From assembly GCA_028716245.1 (NCBI GenBank), contig JAQUQW010000003.1, forward strand, positions 20,638 to 84,637: DNA of 64,000 bases. The letters run 5' to 3'. This stretch comes from Candidatus Omnitrophota bacterium. Lineage in GTDB: Bacteria; Omnitrophota; Gorgyraeia; Gygaellales; Profunditerraquicolaceae. Below are positions 45,296 to 54,826 of the stretch, piece after piece. A program made the translations under genes and the position numbers. A model generated the notes under the pieces. The model saw nothing but the letters and a program-made list of their open reading frames with translations, did not search any database and had not been told where the DNA came from. The first letter of the stretch is position 1. Each line of letters starts with the position of its first letter.

Positions 45296-46981
45296 TTAAC
45301 CGCGATACTTATTGGTAATCGGCATGCGCCTGTCCCGGCCAAAGGCTTTAGGCGTGATCTTGATACCCGGAGGAGACTGCCTGCGTTTATATTCATTTTT
45401 ATCCACCATACCTACGGTCTTATTAACAATTTCTTTATCAAAACCTAAAGAAATAATTTTCGCTAAATCCTTATCTTCCTCAACATAGGCTTTGAGGATC
45501 GCATCCAGGGTTTCATAAGGCGGCAAAGTATCCTGATCCTTTTGGTTTGGCTTTAGTTCGGCAGTAGGGGCCTTGGTAAATACGCGCTCAGGGATAACCT
45601 GACAGATAGAATTCCGGTATCGGGATAATTTATAAACTAATGTTTTGGGCACATCTTTTATCACGGCAAGGCCGCCGGCCATATCGCCATAAAGAGTGGC
45701 GTAACCTGTGCTCATCTCCGATTTATTTCCGGTAGTCAAAACCAGCCAGCCGAACTTGTTGGAAAAAGCCATCAGGATATTGCCTCTTATGCGCGCCTGC
45801 AGGTTCTCCTCGGCTGTATCCCTTGCCAAACCTGTAAAATGCGGCTCAAGCACCAACAGGTAAAACCTGAATATTTGTTCGATAGAAATAGTGATAAATT
45901 TAATCCCTAAATTTCTCGCTAGCGCGATAGCGTCTTCATGTGACTGGTTGGAAGAATAGCGCGAAGGCATAAATACGCCGGTAACATTTTCTCGGCCCAA
46001 AGCATCAACCGCTAGTGTTGCCACAAGAGAAGAGTCAATCCCGCCGCTTAAACCGATTATAACTTTTCCGAAATCGTTTTTAAGCACGTAATCCTTTAAT
46101 CCTAAAACTAATGCCTGATAAACCTCAGCTGCCGGTTCTAAAATTTTAGGCTCTTGCCGGATAGCTATTTTTTTCTTTGCCGGTGCCTTTGTGCTTGAGA
46201 TTCTAATTATCTTTTTAGAAAACCTTATTCTCCTTACGGGAATAGCTAAATCCTGAATTAATAAATCTTCCGCAAAGGCCTTGGCGCAGGCCAGCATCTT
46301 ACCCTTATTATCAACAATCATACTCTGGCCGTCAAATACCAGCTCGTCCTGGCCACCGACAAGGTTAGCGTAAACAACAAATACCTTGTTAGTCTTGGCT
46401 TGATTGGTAATGATCGCCTGCCTTTCCTTAAATTTAGCCGCATAATAGGGAGAAGCATTGATATTCAGGATTAATTTTGCTCCCGATGCTGCCTGCGATT
46501 TTGTCGGCCCGTCCGGATACCAGATATCTTCGCAGATATTTACCCCAAAGATAAAATCGCGGAGTCCAAAAACCAGAGATTTATTCCCGGGGTCAAAATA
46601 ACGCCGCTCATCAAAAACCCCGTAATTGGGCAGAAAAATTTTACGATACACCCCTTTAATTTGCCTGTTATAAATTATCGCGGCGGCATTGTATGTTTCT
46701 TTAAACCTGCCATCAGCAAAACCCACAATCGCTACAACATTACCATTGATATTTTTTGCCAAATTTTCTAAGGCATCGATATTATCGCTGATAAATTTTG
46801 GTTTTAACAGGAGATCTTCGGGAGGGTATCCGCAAAGCGCCAATTCCGGAAAACAGATTATATCTGTGCCGTAATCTTTTGCTTTTTCGATATAGCGGAT
46901 GATTTTAGCGGCATTTCCCTGCAGGTCGCCGACAGTGGAATTTACCTGCGCGATTGCTACGCGTAAAGACTTATCTTTCAT
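45296..46981 (-). CDS. nadE: glutamine-dependent NAD+ synthetase (nitrilase + synthetase domains)
   Basis: 561 aa; N-terminal CN-hydrolase domain (E...K...C triad region) and C-terminal SGGIDSS PP-loop. Confidence 0.85.
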   Translation of the reverse strand: MKDKSLRVAIAQVNSTVGDLQGNAAKIIRYIEKAKDYGTDIICFPELALCGYPPEDLLLKPKFISDNIDALENLAKNINGNVVAIVGFADGRFKETYNAAAIIYNRQIKGVYRKIFLPNYGVFDERRYFDPGNKSLVFGLRDFIFGVNICEDIWYPDGPTKSQAASGAKLILNINASPYYAAKFKERQAIITNQAKTNKVFVVYANLVGGQDELVFDGQSMIVDNKGKMLACAKAFAEDLLIQDLAIPVRRIRFSKKIIRISSTKAPAKKKIAIRQEPKILEPAAEVYQALVLGLKDYVLKNDFGKVIIGLSGGIDSSLVATLAVDALGRENVTGVFMPSRYSSNQSHEDAIALARNLGIKFITISIEQIFRFYLLVLEPHFTGLARDTAEENLQARIRGNILMAFSNKFGWLVLTTGNKSEMSTGYATLYGDMAGGLAVIKDVPKTLVYKLSRYRNSICQVIPERVFTKAPTAELKPNQKDQDTLPPYETLDAILKAYVEEDKDLAKIISLGFDKEIVNKTVGMVDKNEYKRRQSPPGIKITPKAFGRDRRMPITNKYRG

Positions 46982-47702
46982 TTTTCTTGGCTCTTATGTC
47001 TTTTGCCAAAATAATCGCTTCGGCCACCTGGCGCATGGATTTTCGCATATCCATACTTTGCTTCTGGATCAAGCGATATGCCTCTGAAGGTAGAATATTA
47101 GCTTCTTGAGAAAGGATATCCTTTGCCCGCTCGACTAATTTACGAATATTCAAAGCCTCTTCTGCCGAGCGAACGCGTAAATCCAGCTCCGCGTTTTCAA
47201 TGGCAATCGCTGCCTGGTTTGCCAAAGCCGTCAAAAGATCCAATTCGTGTTTAGAAAATTTGTGCTTTTTAGAAGTATAGCAGTTAAGCGCTCCGATAAC
47301 TCTTCCCTTCACTGCCAACGGCACACAGGCCAAAGAACAAAGGCCCTCTTTTTTAGCCAGATCCTGGTTTAGATAGCGGCCGTCGGTTTTAACATCCAAA
47401 ATACACACCGGCTTGTTGTCTCTGGCAACCACGCCGGCTATGCCCTCGCCTAAACGGATATTGGGCTTTTTATTGTAGGCCTCAGATATTGACTGCGTAG
47501 CTTTAACTACCAGCTCCTTCTTATCCGGATCAAGCAACATCAAAGAAGAAATCTTAGAGCTCATAATTTCAGCGGTAACCTGCACAACCAGGCGCAACAG
47601 TTCTTCAAGGTACATACCTGAAGTAATCAGGTTGGCTACTTTAGAAATTGCCTCGATCTGTTTTACGTAAACCTGAAAATTATCTTTCTTTTTGGCAGCC
47701 AT
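46971..47702 (-). CDS. GAF-ANTAR RNA-binding antitermination regulator
   Basis: N-terminal GAF-like domain; C-terminal ANTAR ...ALNIRKLVERAKDILSQEANILPSEAYRLIQKQSMDMRKSMRQVAEAII. Confidence 0.7.
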   Translation of the reverse strand: MAAKKKDNFQVYVKQIEAISKVANLITSGMYLEELLRLVVQVTAEIMSSKISSLMLLDPDKKELVVKATQSISEAYNKKPNIRLGEGIAGVVARDNKPVCILDVKTDGRYLNQDLAKKEGLCSLACVPLAVKGRVIGALNCYTSKKHKFSKHELDLLTALANQAAIAIENAELDLRVRSAEEALNIRKLVERAKDILSQEANILPSEAYRLIQKQSMDMRKSMRQVAEAIILAKDIRAKKNER

Positions 47703-48853
47703 TATCTCCTCTTTTCTAAAAACTTTTTAATCCTACTTAAAGCTTCCTTTAAATTATCCATACTAGAAGCGTAAGAAATCCGGATATAGCCTTCTGCGCA
47801 GGGACCAAAAGCAGTTCCCGGGACTACCGCTACCTTCTCCTCTTCCAATAATTGGCGCGAAAATTCCATAGAAGATAAACCTGTGCTTTTAATGCAAGGA
47901 AAAACATAGAAAGCCCCCTGCGGCCGAAAGCATTTTAATCCTAAAGAATCTAACTCAGACACCATAAGCTCCCGCCTGCGGTTATACTCGCGTTTCATCT
48001 GCTCTACTGATCTTCTGCCGCTAACCAAAGCCTCTGCCGCAGCCATCTGGCTGGTAATCGACACGCACATAATCGTATATTGATGAATTTTGGTCATCGC
48101 CGCGATAACCTCTTTTGGCCCACAAGCAAATCCCACACGCCAGCCGGTCATCGCGTATGACTTGGAGAATCCGTTAAAATAGACCGTGTTTTTCTTGGCA
48201 CCCGGTAAAGTTGGAAAAGCAACATGCTCAAAATCATAAGTCAGGTCGCTATAAACTTCATCACTAATACAAAGTATTTTATGTTTTAATAAAACTTTAT
48301 TTATATTCACCAGCTCCTTACGATGATATGAAACACCGGTAGGATTAGTGGGGTAATTTAAAACGATGCCTTTAGTTTTCTGATCAATATGTTTTTCTAA
48401 AAGCCTGGGAGTGATTTTAAATCCATCTTTGGAAGTATCGATATAAACCGGAGTGCCGCCGGCAAGCTCGGTAACCGGGCCATACGAAACATAACTGGGC
48501 TGGGGAACCAATATTTTATCCCCAGGGTTAATGATCGCCCGCATAAGCAAATCAAGGCCTTCGCTGACTCCCACCGTAATTAATATTTCTTCATCCGGGC
48601 AATAGTCTAAGCCATATTCACTTTTTAAAAAACGGTGGATTCCTATGCGCAGTTTATAGAGACCCTTGTTTGAAGTATAACTGGTAAAACCCTGCTCCAG
48701 GGAATAGATCCCTGCCTCACGGATCTGCCAAGGGGTGACAAAATCCGGCTCCCCTACTCCCAAGGATATAACCTCCTTCATCCCAAGCACTAAATCAAAG
48801 AATGCCCGGATTCCCGATGACTGCATTTTTTCTACAGTTTTTGATATTTGCAT
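47702..48853 (-). CDS. class I/II PLP-dependent aminotransferase (aspartate/aromatic type)
   Basis: 383 aa; ...GFSKSYAMTGWRVG... PLP-lysine region. Confidence 0.85.
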   Translation of the reverse strand: MQISKTVEKMQSSGIRAFFDLVLGMKEVISLGVGEPDFVTPWQIREAGIYSLEQGFTSYTSNKGLYKLRIGIHRFLKSEYGLDYCPDEEILITVGVSEGLDLLMRAIINPGDKILVPQPSYVSYGPVTELAGGTPVYIDTSKDGFKITPRLLEKHIDQKTKGIVLNYPTNPTGVSYHRKELVNINKVLLKHKILCISDEVYSDLTYDFEHVAFPTLPGAKKNTVYFNGFSKSYAMTGWRVGFACGPKEVIAAMTKIHQYTIMCVSITSQMAAAEALVSGRRSVEQMKREYNRRRELMVSELDSLGLKCFRPQGAFYVFPCIKSTGLSSMEFSRQLLEEEKVAVVPGTAFGPCAEGYIRISYASSMDNLKEALSRIKKFLEKRR

Positions 48854-48860
48854 TTGCTCT

Positions 48861-49346
48861 TTAATAGGATATCGCTATCCTTTTGTTCTCCGGCTTCTGC
48901 TTCAAAATTACTCCGTCTTCCTTATACTTTTTTAATAAAAAGTGCGTAGCTGTGCCGCGGACATGCTCTAAACAGGAAAGCTTCTCCGCCACAAAATTGG
49001 AGACCGTATGCAGATTCTTACCCTCGACAACCACCAATAAATCATATGTTCCGCTGATAAGATAACAGCTGGTTACCTCGGGAAACGAATAGATCCGCTC
49101 GGCAATTTTCTCAAAACCCAAATCCTTCTGCGGAACAATATTTACTTCAATCAAAGCCCTAACTTCGGATTCATTGTCTTTAATCAAATCCTTATTAATT
49201 ACTGCTTTGTATTTTAAAATTGCCCCTTCTTTTTCGTATTTTTTAATCGCTTTTTTTACCTCTTCGGGTTTCCTGCGGGTCATCTTGGCGATATCCTCCA
49301 CGCTTGCCCGACCGTCTTTTTCTAAAATTTCTAAAATCTCATCCAT
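48861..49346 (-). CDS. lrp: Lrp/AsnC-family transcriptional regulator
   Basis: Start at MDEILEILEKDGRASVEDIAKMTRR (AAGGAGG SD). The ORF-track extension to 49376 is translation of the hairpin element. C-terminal RAM domain. Confidence 0.8.
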   Translation of the reverse strand: MDEILEILEKDGRASVEDIAKMTRRKPEEVKKAIKKYEKEGAILKYKAVINKDLIKDNESEVRALIEVNIVPQKDLGFEKIAERIYSFPEVTSCYLISGTYDLLVVVEGKNLHTVSNFVAEKLSCLEHVRGTATHFLLKKYKEDGVILKQKPENKRIAISY

Positions 49347-49361
49347 TTTCAATTCCTCCTT

Positions 49362-49406
49362 GCCACAAGGGCACACCCGCGCAATTCATTATAGGCGCGG
49401 GGTATT
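49362..49406 (-). repeat. GC-rich hairpin element copy 4, directly upstream of lrp SD
   Basis: gccacaagggcacacccgcgcaattcattataggcgcggggtatt. Confidence 0.6.
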
Positions 49407-49498
49407 GTCTAAATATGGCAAATATCCGCGCCTTTTCAATATAGAATGGATTATATACCACTAAATTCTGAGGGTCAAGGAGATATATTTGCAAAAAA

Positions 49499-49576
49499 CT
49501 ACTAAGGGACGCTACTAAGGGACGTCCTGTTAGGGGACACCCTTAGAAAAGGGTGTCCCCTAACAGGACGTCCCCG
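49499..49576. repeat. tandem direct repeats (CTACTAAGGGACG x2) followed by 24-bp perfect palindrome with 4-nt loop
   Basis: Direct repeats 49499..49511 and 49512..49524; inverted repeat arms 49521..49544 / 49549..49572; lies between phoU stop and lrp. Confidence 0.6.
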
Positions 49577-49605
49577 ATTAGAGGAAAGCAAAAGACGGAA
49601 ATTAA

Positions 49606-50274
49606 CTATTTTAATTCTTCGGGATGGTGCTTGACTACCTTCGCCTCAACCATATAAATTACATCTTCGGCGATATTGGTAGTATGGTCGCAGATACGCT
49701 CTAGGTATCTGGCAATAAGTATCAATGCCACGGCACGATCAGCGGTTTTGGGATCACGTGCCAGATATTCATTAACCAGTTCATCCTGCACCAGATTACG
49801 CAGCTTATCAGCTTCGCAATCCGCTAAAACTACCTGCCGGGCCAGCTGGGCATCTTTCTTTACAAATGCGTCAATTGCATCCTTTACCATATTCTGCGCC
49901 ACCTGGGAAAGTTTGGGAATATCTACTAATGGCTTAAGTAAAGGCTTGTCCATCAATCCTAAGGATTTTTGTGAAATATCCAAAGCTATATCGGCAATCC
50001 GCTCCAGTTCCGTATTTATCTTCATCCCGGTTGTAATATACCTTAGGTCTCCTGCCATCGGCTGGTAACGGGCAATAAGATCGATGCATTTCTCATCGAT
50101 TGCCAACTCCAGTTCATCGATCTTATTATCGGTATCAATTACATCCTGAGCCAGGTATTTGTCGCGGTTCTTTAGCGACTCGATAGATTTAAATATCGAC
50201 TCCTGGGCAAATACCGCCATTTTTAAAATTTCCTTGTGCAGTTCCTTTAATTCTTCATCTAAGTGTCTTAACAT
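49606..50274 (-). CDS. phoU: phosphate signalling regulator PhoU
   Basis: 222 aa, two PhoU repeats (E/DxxxD motifs). Confidence 0.85.
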   Translation of the reverse strand: MLRHLDEELKELHKEILKMAVFAQESIFKSIESLKNRDKYLAQDVIDTDNKIDELELAIDEKCIDLIARYQPMAGDLRYITTGMKINTELERIADIALDISQKSLGLMDKPLLKPLVDIPKLSQVAQNMVKDAIDAFVKKDAQLARQVVLADCEADKLRNLVQDELVNEYLARDPKTADRAVALILIARYLERICDHTTNIAEDVIYMVEAKVVKHHPEELK

Positions 50275-50285
50275 TGGACTCCTCC

Positions 50286-51041
50286 TTAACCGTATCGGCC
50301 GGTAATATAGTCTTCTGTCCGCTTATCTTTCGGCCTGGTAAAAATATCCTCTGTTTTACCAAACTCAACCAACTCGCCTAAAAGCATAAAACCCGTTTGG
50401 TCCGAAACGCGCGCTGCCTGCTGCATATTATGCGTAACAATTATTATCGTATAGTTATTCTTGAGTTCACGCATTAATTCCTCAATACGGCTGGTTGCCT
50501 GCGGGTCAAGGGTCGAACAGGGTTCATCCATCAGTAAAATCTCGGGCTTAACCGCGATCAGCCGGGCAATACAAAGCCGCTGCTTTTGTTCGAGCGATAA
50601 GCTCAGCGCGGATTTATTCAGCCTATCTTTAAGTTCATCCCATAAAAGAACGGATTTTAAACTATCCTCAACCACCCCATCAAGTTTAAGCTTGGTTAGG
50701 CCTTCGGCATGCACCTTCTGGCCAAAAACAATATTCTCATAAATAGATAACGGAAAAGGATTGGGACGCTGAAAAACCATACCTACTTTTTTACGCAAGC
50801 CCACTAAATCCGTTTTATCGGAAATTATATTCTGTGCGTCGATAATTACTTCTCCTTCAACGCGCACCCCCTCAATAAGGTCGTTCATCCGGTTAAATAC
50901 CCGCAGTAAAGTCGACTTACCGCATCCCGATGGCCCGATCATGGCGGTAATTTGGTTTTGGGTAAAATGCGCGTTCACCTTGATCAGCGCCTGAAAATCC
51001 GCGTACCATAAATTTAAATTATTTACCTTAATCTCCGCCAT
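50286..51041 (-). CDS. pstB: phosphate ABC transporter ATP-binding protein
   Basis: [34 protein letters not shown]. Confidence 0.9.
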   Translation of the reverse strand: MAEIKVNNLNLWYADFQALIKVNAHFTQNQITAMIGPSGCGKSTLLRVFNRMNDLIEGVRVEGEVIIDAQNIISDKTDLVGLRKKVGMVFQRPNPFPLSIYENIVFGQKVHAEGLTKLKLDGVVEDSLKSVLLWDELKDRLNKSALSLSLEQKQRLCIARLIAVKPEILLMDEPCSTLDPQATSRIEELMRELKNNYTIIIVTHNMQQAARVSDQTGFMLLGELVEFGKTEDIFTRPKDKRTEDYITGRYG

Positions 51042-51787
51042 TATCCGAATTTTCCTCTAATATAGCCATCGGTACGCTGGTCGCCTGGTGCCGTAAATAT
51101 CTTTTCGGTCCGGTCCAATTCTATCAACTCCCCTGACAGAAAGAATGCTGTACGATCCCCCACTCTGGCTGCCTGCTTTACATTATTGGTTACTAAAACT
51201 ATCGTGTAGTCTTTTTTTAATTTAAGCATTGCCTCTTCAACTTTGGCGGTTGAAATCGGGTCAAGCCCGGAACAAGGCTCATCAAATAAAATAACCTCCG
51301 GCTCAACTGCCAGGGTCCGGGCAATACAGAGACGCTGCTGCTGTCCGCCGGATAATTTAAAAGCCGAGACATCCAGCCTATCCTTAACCTCATCCCAGAG
51401 ATAGGCTTGTTTTAATGCACGCTCAACAACCCCTGAAATCCTGCCGCGGTTATTTTCTCCGTGCATCCTGACGCCATAAGCCACGTTTTCAAAAATTGAT
51501 AGAGGCAGGGGCAGGGGTAAAGCAAAAACCATGCCTACTTTTTTACGCAAGACCTCAATATCTATTTTTCTTACATCTTCTTGATCAAGCTCCAGCCATC
51601 CGCTCATTTTAAAACCCGGATGCAGATCATTTAAACGGTTGAGCATACGCAGGAAACTTGTCTTTCCGCTGTTGGACGGGCCGATTACGCTTAAAATCTC
51701 ATTGGCCTCTACCTCGATGTTCACACTTTTTAAAGCGTGAATATGGCTAAACCAGATGTTCAGATTTTTAGCGCTAAACTTTACCAT
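51041..51787 (-). CDS. pstB: phosphate ABC transporter ATP-binding protein (tandem paralog)
   Basis: [34 protein letters not shown]. Confidence 0.85.
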   Translation of the reverse strand: MVKFSAKNLNIWFSHIHALKSVNIEVEANEILSVIGPSNSGKTSFLRMLNRLNDLHPGFKMSGWLELDQEDVRKIDIEVLRKKVGMVFALPLPLPLSIFENVAYGVRMHGENNRGRISGVVERALKQAYLWDEVKDRLDVSAFKLSGGQQQRLCIARTLAVEPEVILFDEPCSGLDPISTAKVEEAMLKLKKDYTIVLVTNNVKQAARVGDRTAFFLSGELIELDRTEKIFTAPGDQRTDGYIRGKFG

Positions 51788-52629
51788 TTTTTCTTTTTCC
51801 TGAAGTTATAACGGATAATTATGGCAATTAAATTCATAAACAAAACTAAAGATAACAAAACCAAAGCCGTGCCATAACGTATTTTTTCATCCACATTAGG
51901 CACTTGGGTTGAAATTACATACAAGTGATACGGCAATGCCATCGCCTGGTCAAAAATAGATTTGGGCAGCTGCGGCAGATAGAAAGCGGCGACGGTAAAA
52001 AGAATTGGAGCGGTTTCACCCGCTGCCCTGCCTAACCCAAGGATGGTACCGGTTAAAATACCCGGAATAGCATTGGGTAAAACTATATGCCTTATGGTTT
52101 GCCATTTACTTGCGCCCAAAGATAAGCTTACCTCGCGAAATGACTGCGGCACGCTTTCCAAAGCTTCCCGAGACGTAGTAATGATTATCGGCAGGATCAT
52201 TATCCCTAAAGTGAGTGAACCGGATAAAATCGATGCCCCGAATTTTAAGAAAACCACAAAAAGCGCCAAACCAAACAAGCCATAGACAACCGAAGGCACT
52301 CCGGAAAGATTTACGATTGCCAGCTTGATTATGCGGTTAAGTATATTCTCTTTGGCGTATTCACTTAAATAAATTGCCGCCAGCAGCCCGATAGGCAGGG
52401 CAAAGATTATCGCGCCCAGGACAAGGTAAAATGTCCCGATAATTGCCGGGAAGATCCCTCCTGTACGCATCCCCTGTCGCGGAATATCCGATAAAAACTG
52501 CCAGTTAATCGCCGGCAGGCCTTTCTGAATGATAATTACAACGATCAAACCAACCGGCACAACAATTAAAAGTGTGGCCAGGAGAAGAAAAAGGAAGGCG
52601 ATCTTTTGCGACCTTTGTGTATTACGCAT
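51781..52629 (-). CDS. pstA: phosphate ABC transporter permease PstA
   Basis: 282 aa, 6 TM, EAA-like loop. Confidence 0.85.
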   Translation of the reverse strand: MRNTQRSQKIAFLFLLLATLLIVVPVGLIVVIIIQKGLPAINWQFLSDIPRQGMRTGGIFPAIIGTFYLVLGAIIFALPIGLLAAIYLSEYAKENILNRIIKLAIVNLSGVPSVVYGLFGLALFVVFLKFGASILSGSLTLGIMILPIIITTSREALESVPQSFREVSLSLGASKWQTIRHIVLPNAIPGILTGTILGLGRAAGETAPILFTVAAFYLPQLPKSIFDQAMALPYHLYVISTQVPNVDEKIRYGTALVLLSLVLFMNLIAIIIRYNFRKKKKW

Positions 52630-53492
52630 TAATGCCTCTTATGTAAAAATAGATCCGCGGTAACATTAATAATAAAACTTATGATAAATAAGACTATCCC
52701 GATAGCAAAAAGCGCAAAATAATGTTCACTGCCCACAACAGCCTCACCCATCTCCGCGGCAATGGTGGCGGTCAAAGTGCGCACCGGCACAAGAATACTT
52801 TGCGGAATAACCGCGGCGTTGCCGGTAATCATCATTACCGCCATCGTCTCACCAATTACGCGGCCTATGCCAAGCATTACCGCGGCGACAATCCCTGAAG
52901 AGGCAGCCGGAAGCAAAACCCGGTAAATTGTCTGCCAATGCGTAGCTCCTAAAGCAAACGCGCCTTCTTTATAGCTCTTGGGCACCGAATAAAGCGCGTC
53001 CTCGGCAATCGAAACTATCGTCGGCATGGCCATAAAAGCTAAAATTATCGAGCCGGATAAGGCAGTCAAGCCGGTAGGTAAATGGAATACCGCCTTGACC
53101 CAGGGCACAAGCGTAACCATACCGATAAAACCCAAAACCACGCTAGGTATAGCCGCCAATAATTCAATTCCCGCTTTTAAAATTTCCTTGATGTTTAAAG
53201 GCGCGATTTCGGCGATATAAACCGCGCAGGCCACGCCTATGGGTATAGAGATAATCGCCGCGCCCATCGTTACCAAAAGAGAGCCGAAGATCAACGGCAG
53301 TATGCCTAATTGCGGAGGTTCTGAAATGGGATACCAACTTTTGCCAAAAATAAAATTAAAGGGAGTAACTGATTTAAATACGGATAGGCCTTCCTTGGCC
53401 AGAAATAAGAAAATCAAAATGACAAAAAATATAGAAGCTAATCCGCAGATCAGGATTAGCTTCTCAATGACAAATTCTTTTAACTTACGCAT
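52629..53492 (-). CDS. pstC: phosphate ABC transporter permease PstC
   Basis: 287 aa, 6 TM. Confidence 0.85.
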   Translation of the reverse strand: MRKLKEFVIEKLILICGLASIFFVILIFLFLAKEGLSVFKSVTPFNFIFGKSWYPISEPPQLGILPLIFGSLLVTMGAAIISIPIGVACAVYIAEIAPLNIKEILKAGIELLAAIPSVVLGFIGMVTLVPWVKAVFHLPTGLTALSGSIILAFMAMPTIVSIAEDALYSVPKSYKEGAFALGATHWQTIYRVLLPAASSGIVAAVMLGIGRVIGETMAVMMITGNAAVIPQSILVPVRTLTATIAAEMGEAVVGSEHYFALFAIGIVLFIISFIINVTADLFLHKRH

Positions 53493-54343
53493 TATTTAAT
53501 CGGCACGAAATCGGTTTTTACCACAATATCCTGCCCTTCTTTGGAAAGCGTAAAATCCAAGAACTTTTTCACCAGCCCCTGAGCCTCTCCGTTAGTATAA
53601 AGATACAAAGGCCGGGATATAGGATATTTGCTCTTCACCACGTTTTCTGTTGTCGGAGTGATATATTCGGATTTCTCATCCTTGGCAACTAAAATAACTT
53701 TCTGTTTAGGGCTGATGTATCCCATGCCGTAATAGCCTATGGCATTTTGATTCTGGGCTACCTCATCGGCGATTGCCTGGCTTGACGGCATAAGTAAGGC
53801 CCCCGGAGCAAATTCTTCGGGGCCTTTTTCATGCCCGCGGCGTAAGACATGTTCTTTAAAAAATACGTGCGTACCGGAATTGACTTCCCTAGATAATATT
53901 ACTATGGTTTTATCTTCTCCTCCAACCTCTTTCCAGTTTTTTATGGTACCCATAAATATTGCGCGGAGTTGTTCCATAGTAAGCTTACTTACAGGGTTTT
54001 TCGGGCTCACCACTACAGCGATCCCGTCTAAAGCCACGATATGCTCAACCGGTTTTACTCCCTTATTTTCGGCAAGCTGAATCTCTTCTTTTTTCATAGA
54101 ACGGGAGCATTCAGCTATATCGCATGTTGAATTAATGAGCGCGGCTATTCCCGTACCAGAGCCTCCTCCGGTTACCGCCACGAAATCTCCGGGATTAGCC
54201 TCCATATATTTTTCTGCCCAAGCCTGGCCAAGGTTGACCATGGTATCGGAGCCTTTGATTTGGATAGAATTTTTGTTTCCTGCGGCATACCCTGAGACCG
54301 TAAACATAAGTACAGCCAAAATAAACAGACCTTTTTTAAGCAT
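53492..54343 (-). CDS. pstS: phosphate-binding protein PstS
   Basis: Signal peptide; ...GGGSGTG... PBP motif; SREVNSGT. Confidence 0.85.
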   Translation of the reverse strand: MLKKGLFILAVLMFTVSGYAAGNKNSIQIKGSDTMVNLGQAWAEKYMEANPGDFVAVTGGGSGTGIAALINSTCDIAECSRSMKKEEIQLAENKGVKPVEHIVALDGIAVVVSPKNPVSKLTMEQLRAIFMGTIKNWKEVGGEDKTIVILSREVNSGTHVFFKEHVLRRGHEKGPEEFAPGALLMPSSQAIADEVAQNQNAIGYYGMGYISPKQKVILVAKDEKSEYITPTTENVVKSKYPISRPLYLYTNGEAQGLVKKFLDFTLSKEGQDIVVKTDFVPIK

Positions 54344-54538
54344 TGCATCCCTCCCTTTTGTTGATAATTTATATTGGCTATCATTATACTTGTATTTGCG
54401 TCAAATCCATGTTAAATCTATGTAAAATTAAATACGCCATAATTTTTTAATCCATGGATGAATTTATACTCACCGGAAATTGTTAACTGTTGGCTAACAG
54501 TAATCGGATATTGGGACAGACCGCGGCGGGGCTAATCT

Positions 54539-54811
54539 TTAGTTATTTTGTAATGCCTCTTTGATCGCTACCAATAAATCTGAAATTTCAGCTATAGCGT
54601 AGAAGAAAAAGAAGAAAAATGTATACGCGGATAAAACAACCAGGCCGGCCCACGGCGGAACGTTGCTTAAAACCCCCGACATTATCAACATTGCCGAGAA
54701 CACGCTTAAAATAAGAACAAACCAAGCGTACGTTCTTAAAACCATGCTGGCTGTTGTAAGAAATTTTGTATTCTTGCGCCTTAAATTATTTTTTATAATA
54801 TAATTTTTCAT
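54539..54811 (-). CDS. small two-TM membrane protein, unknown
   Basis: 90 aa, two hydrophobic segments; no recognisable motif. Confidence 0.3.
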   Translation of the reverse strand: MKNYIIKNNLRRKNTKFLTTASMVLRTYAWFVLILSVFSAMLIMSGVLSNVPPWAGLVVLSAYTFFFFFFYAIAEISDLLVAIKEALQNN

Positions 54812-54826
54812 GCCGTAGATACCTCC

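Noticed and set aside
49347-49376. Extension MCPCGKEELK on lrp ORF
   Set aside because: Translation of hairpin-element copy 4 and of the SD; real start MDEILEIL.
49499-49524. CRISPR array
   Set aside because: Only two adjacent 13-nt direct repeats with no spacers; no cas genes. No CRISPR-like periodicity anywhere in the window.
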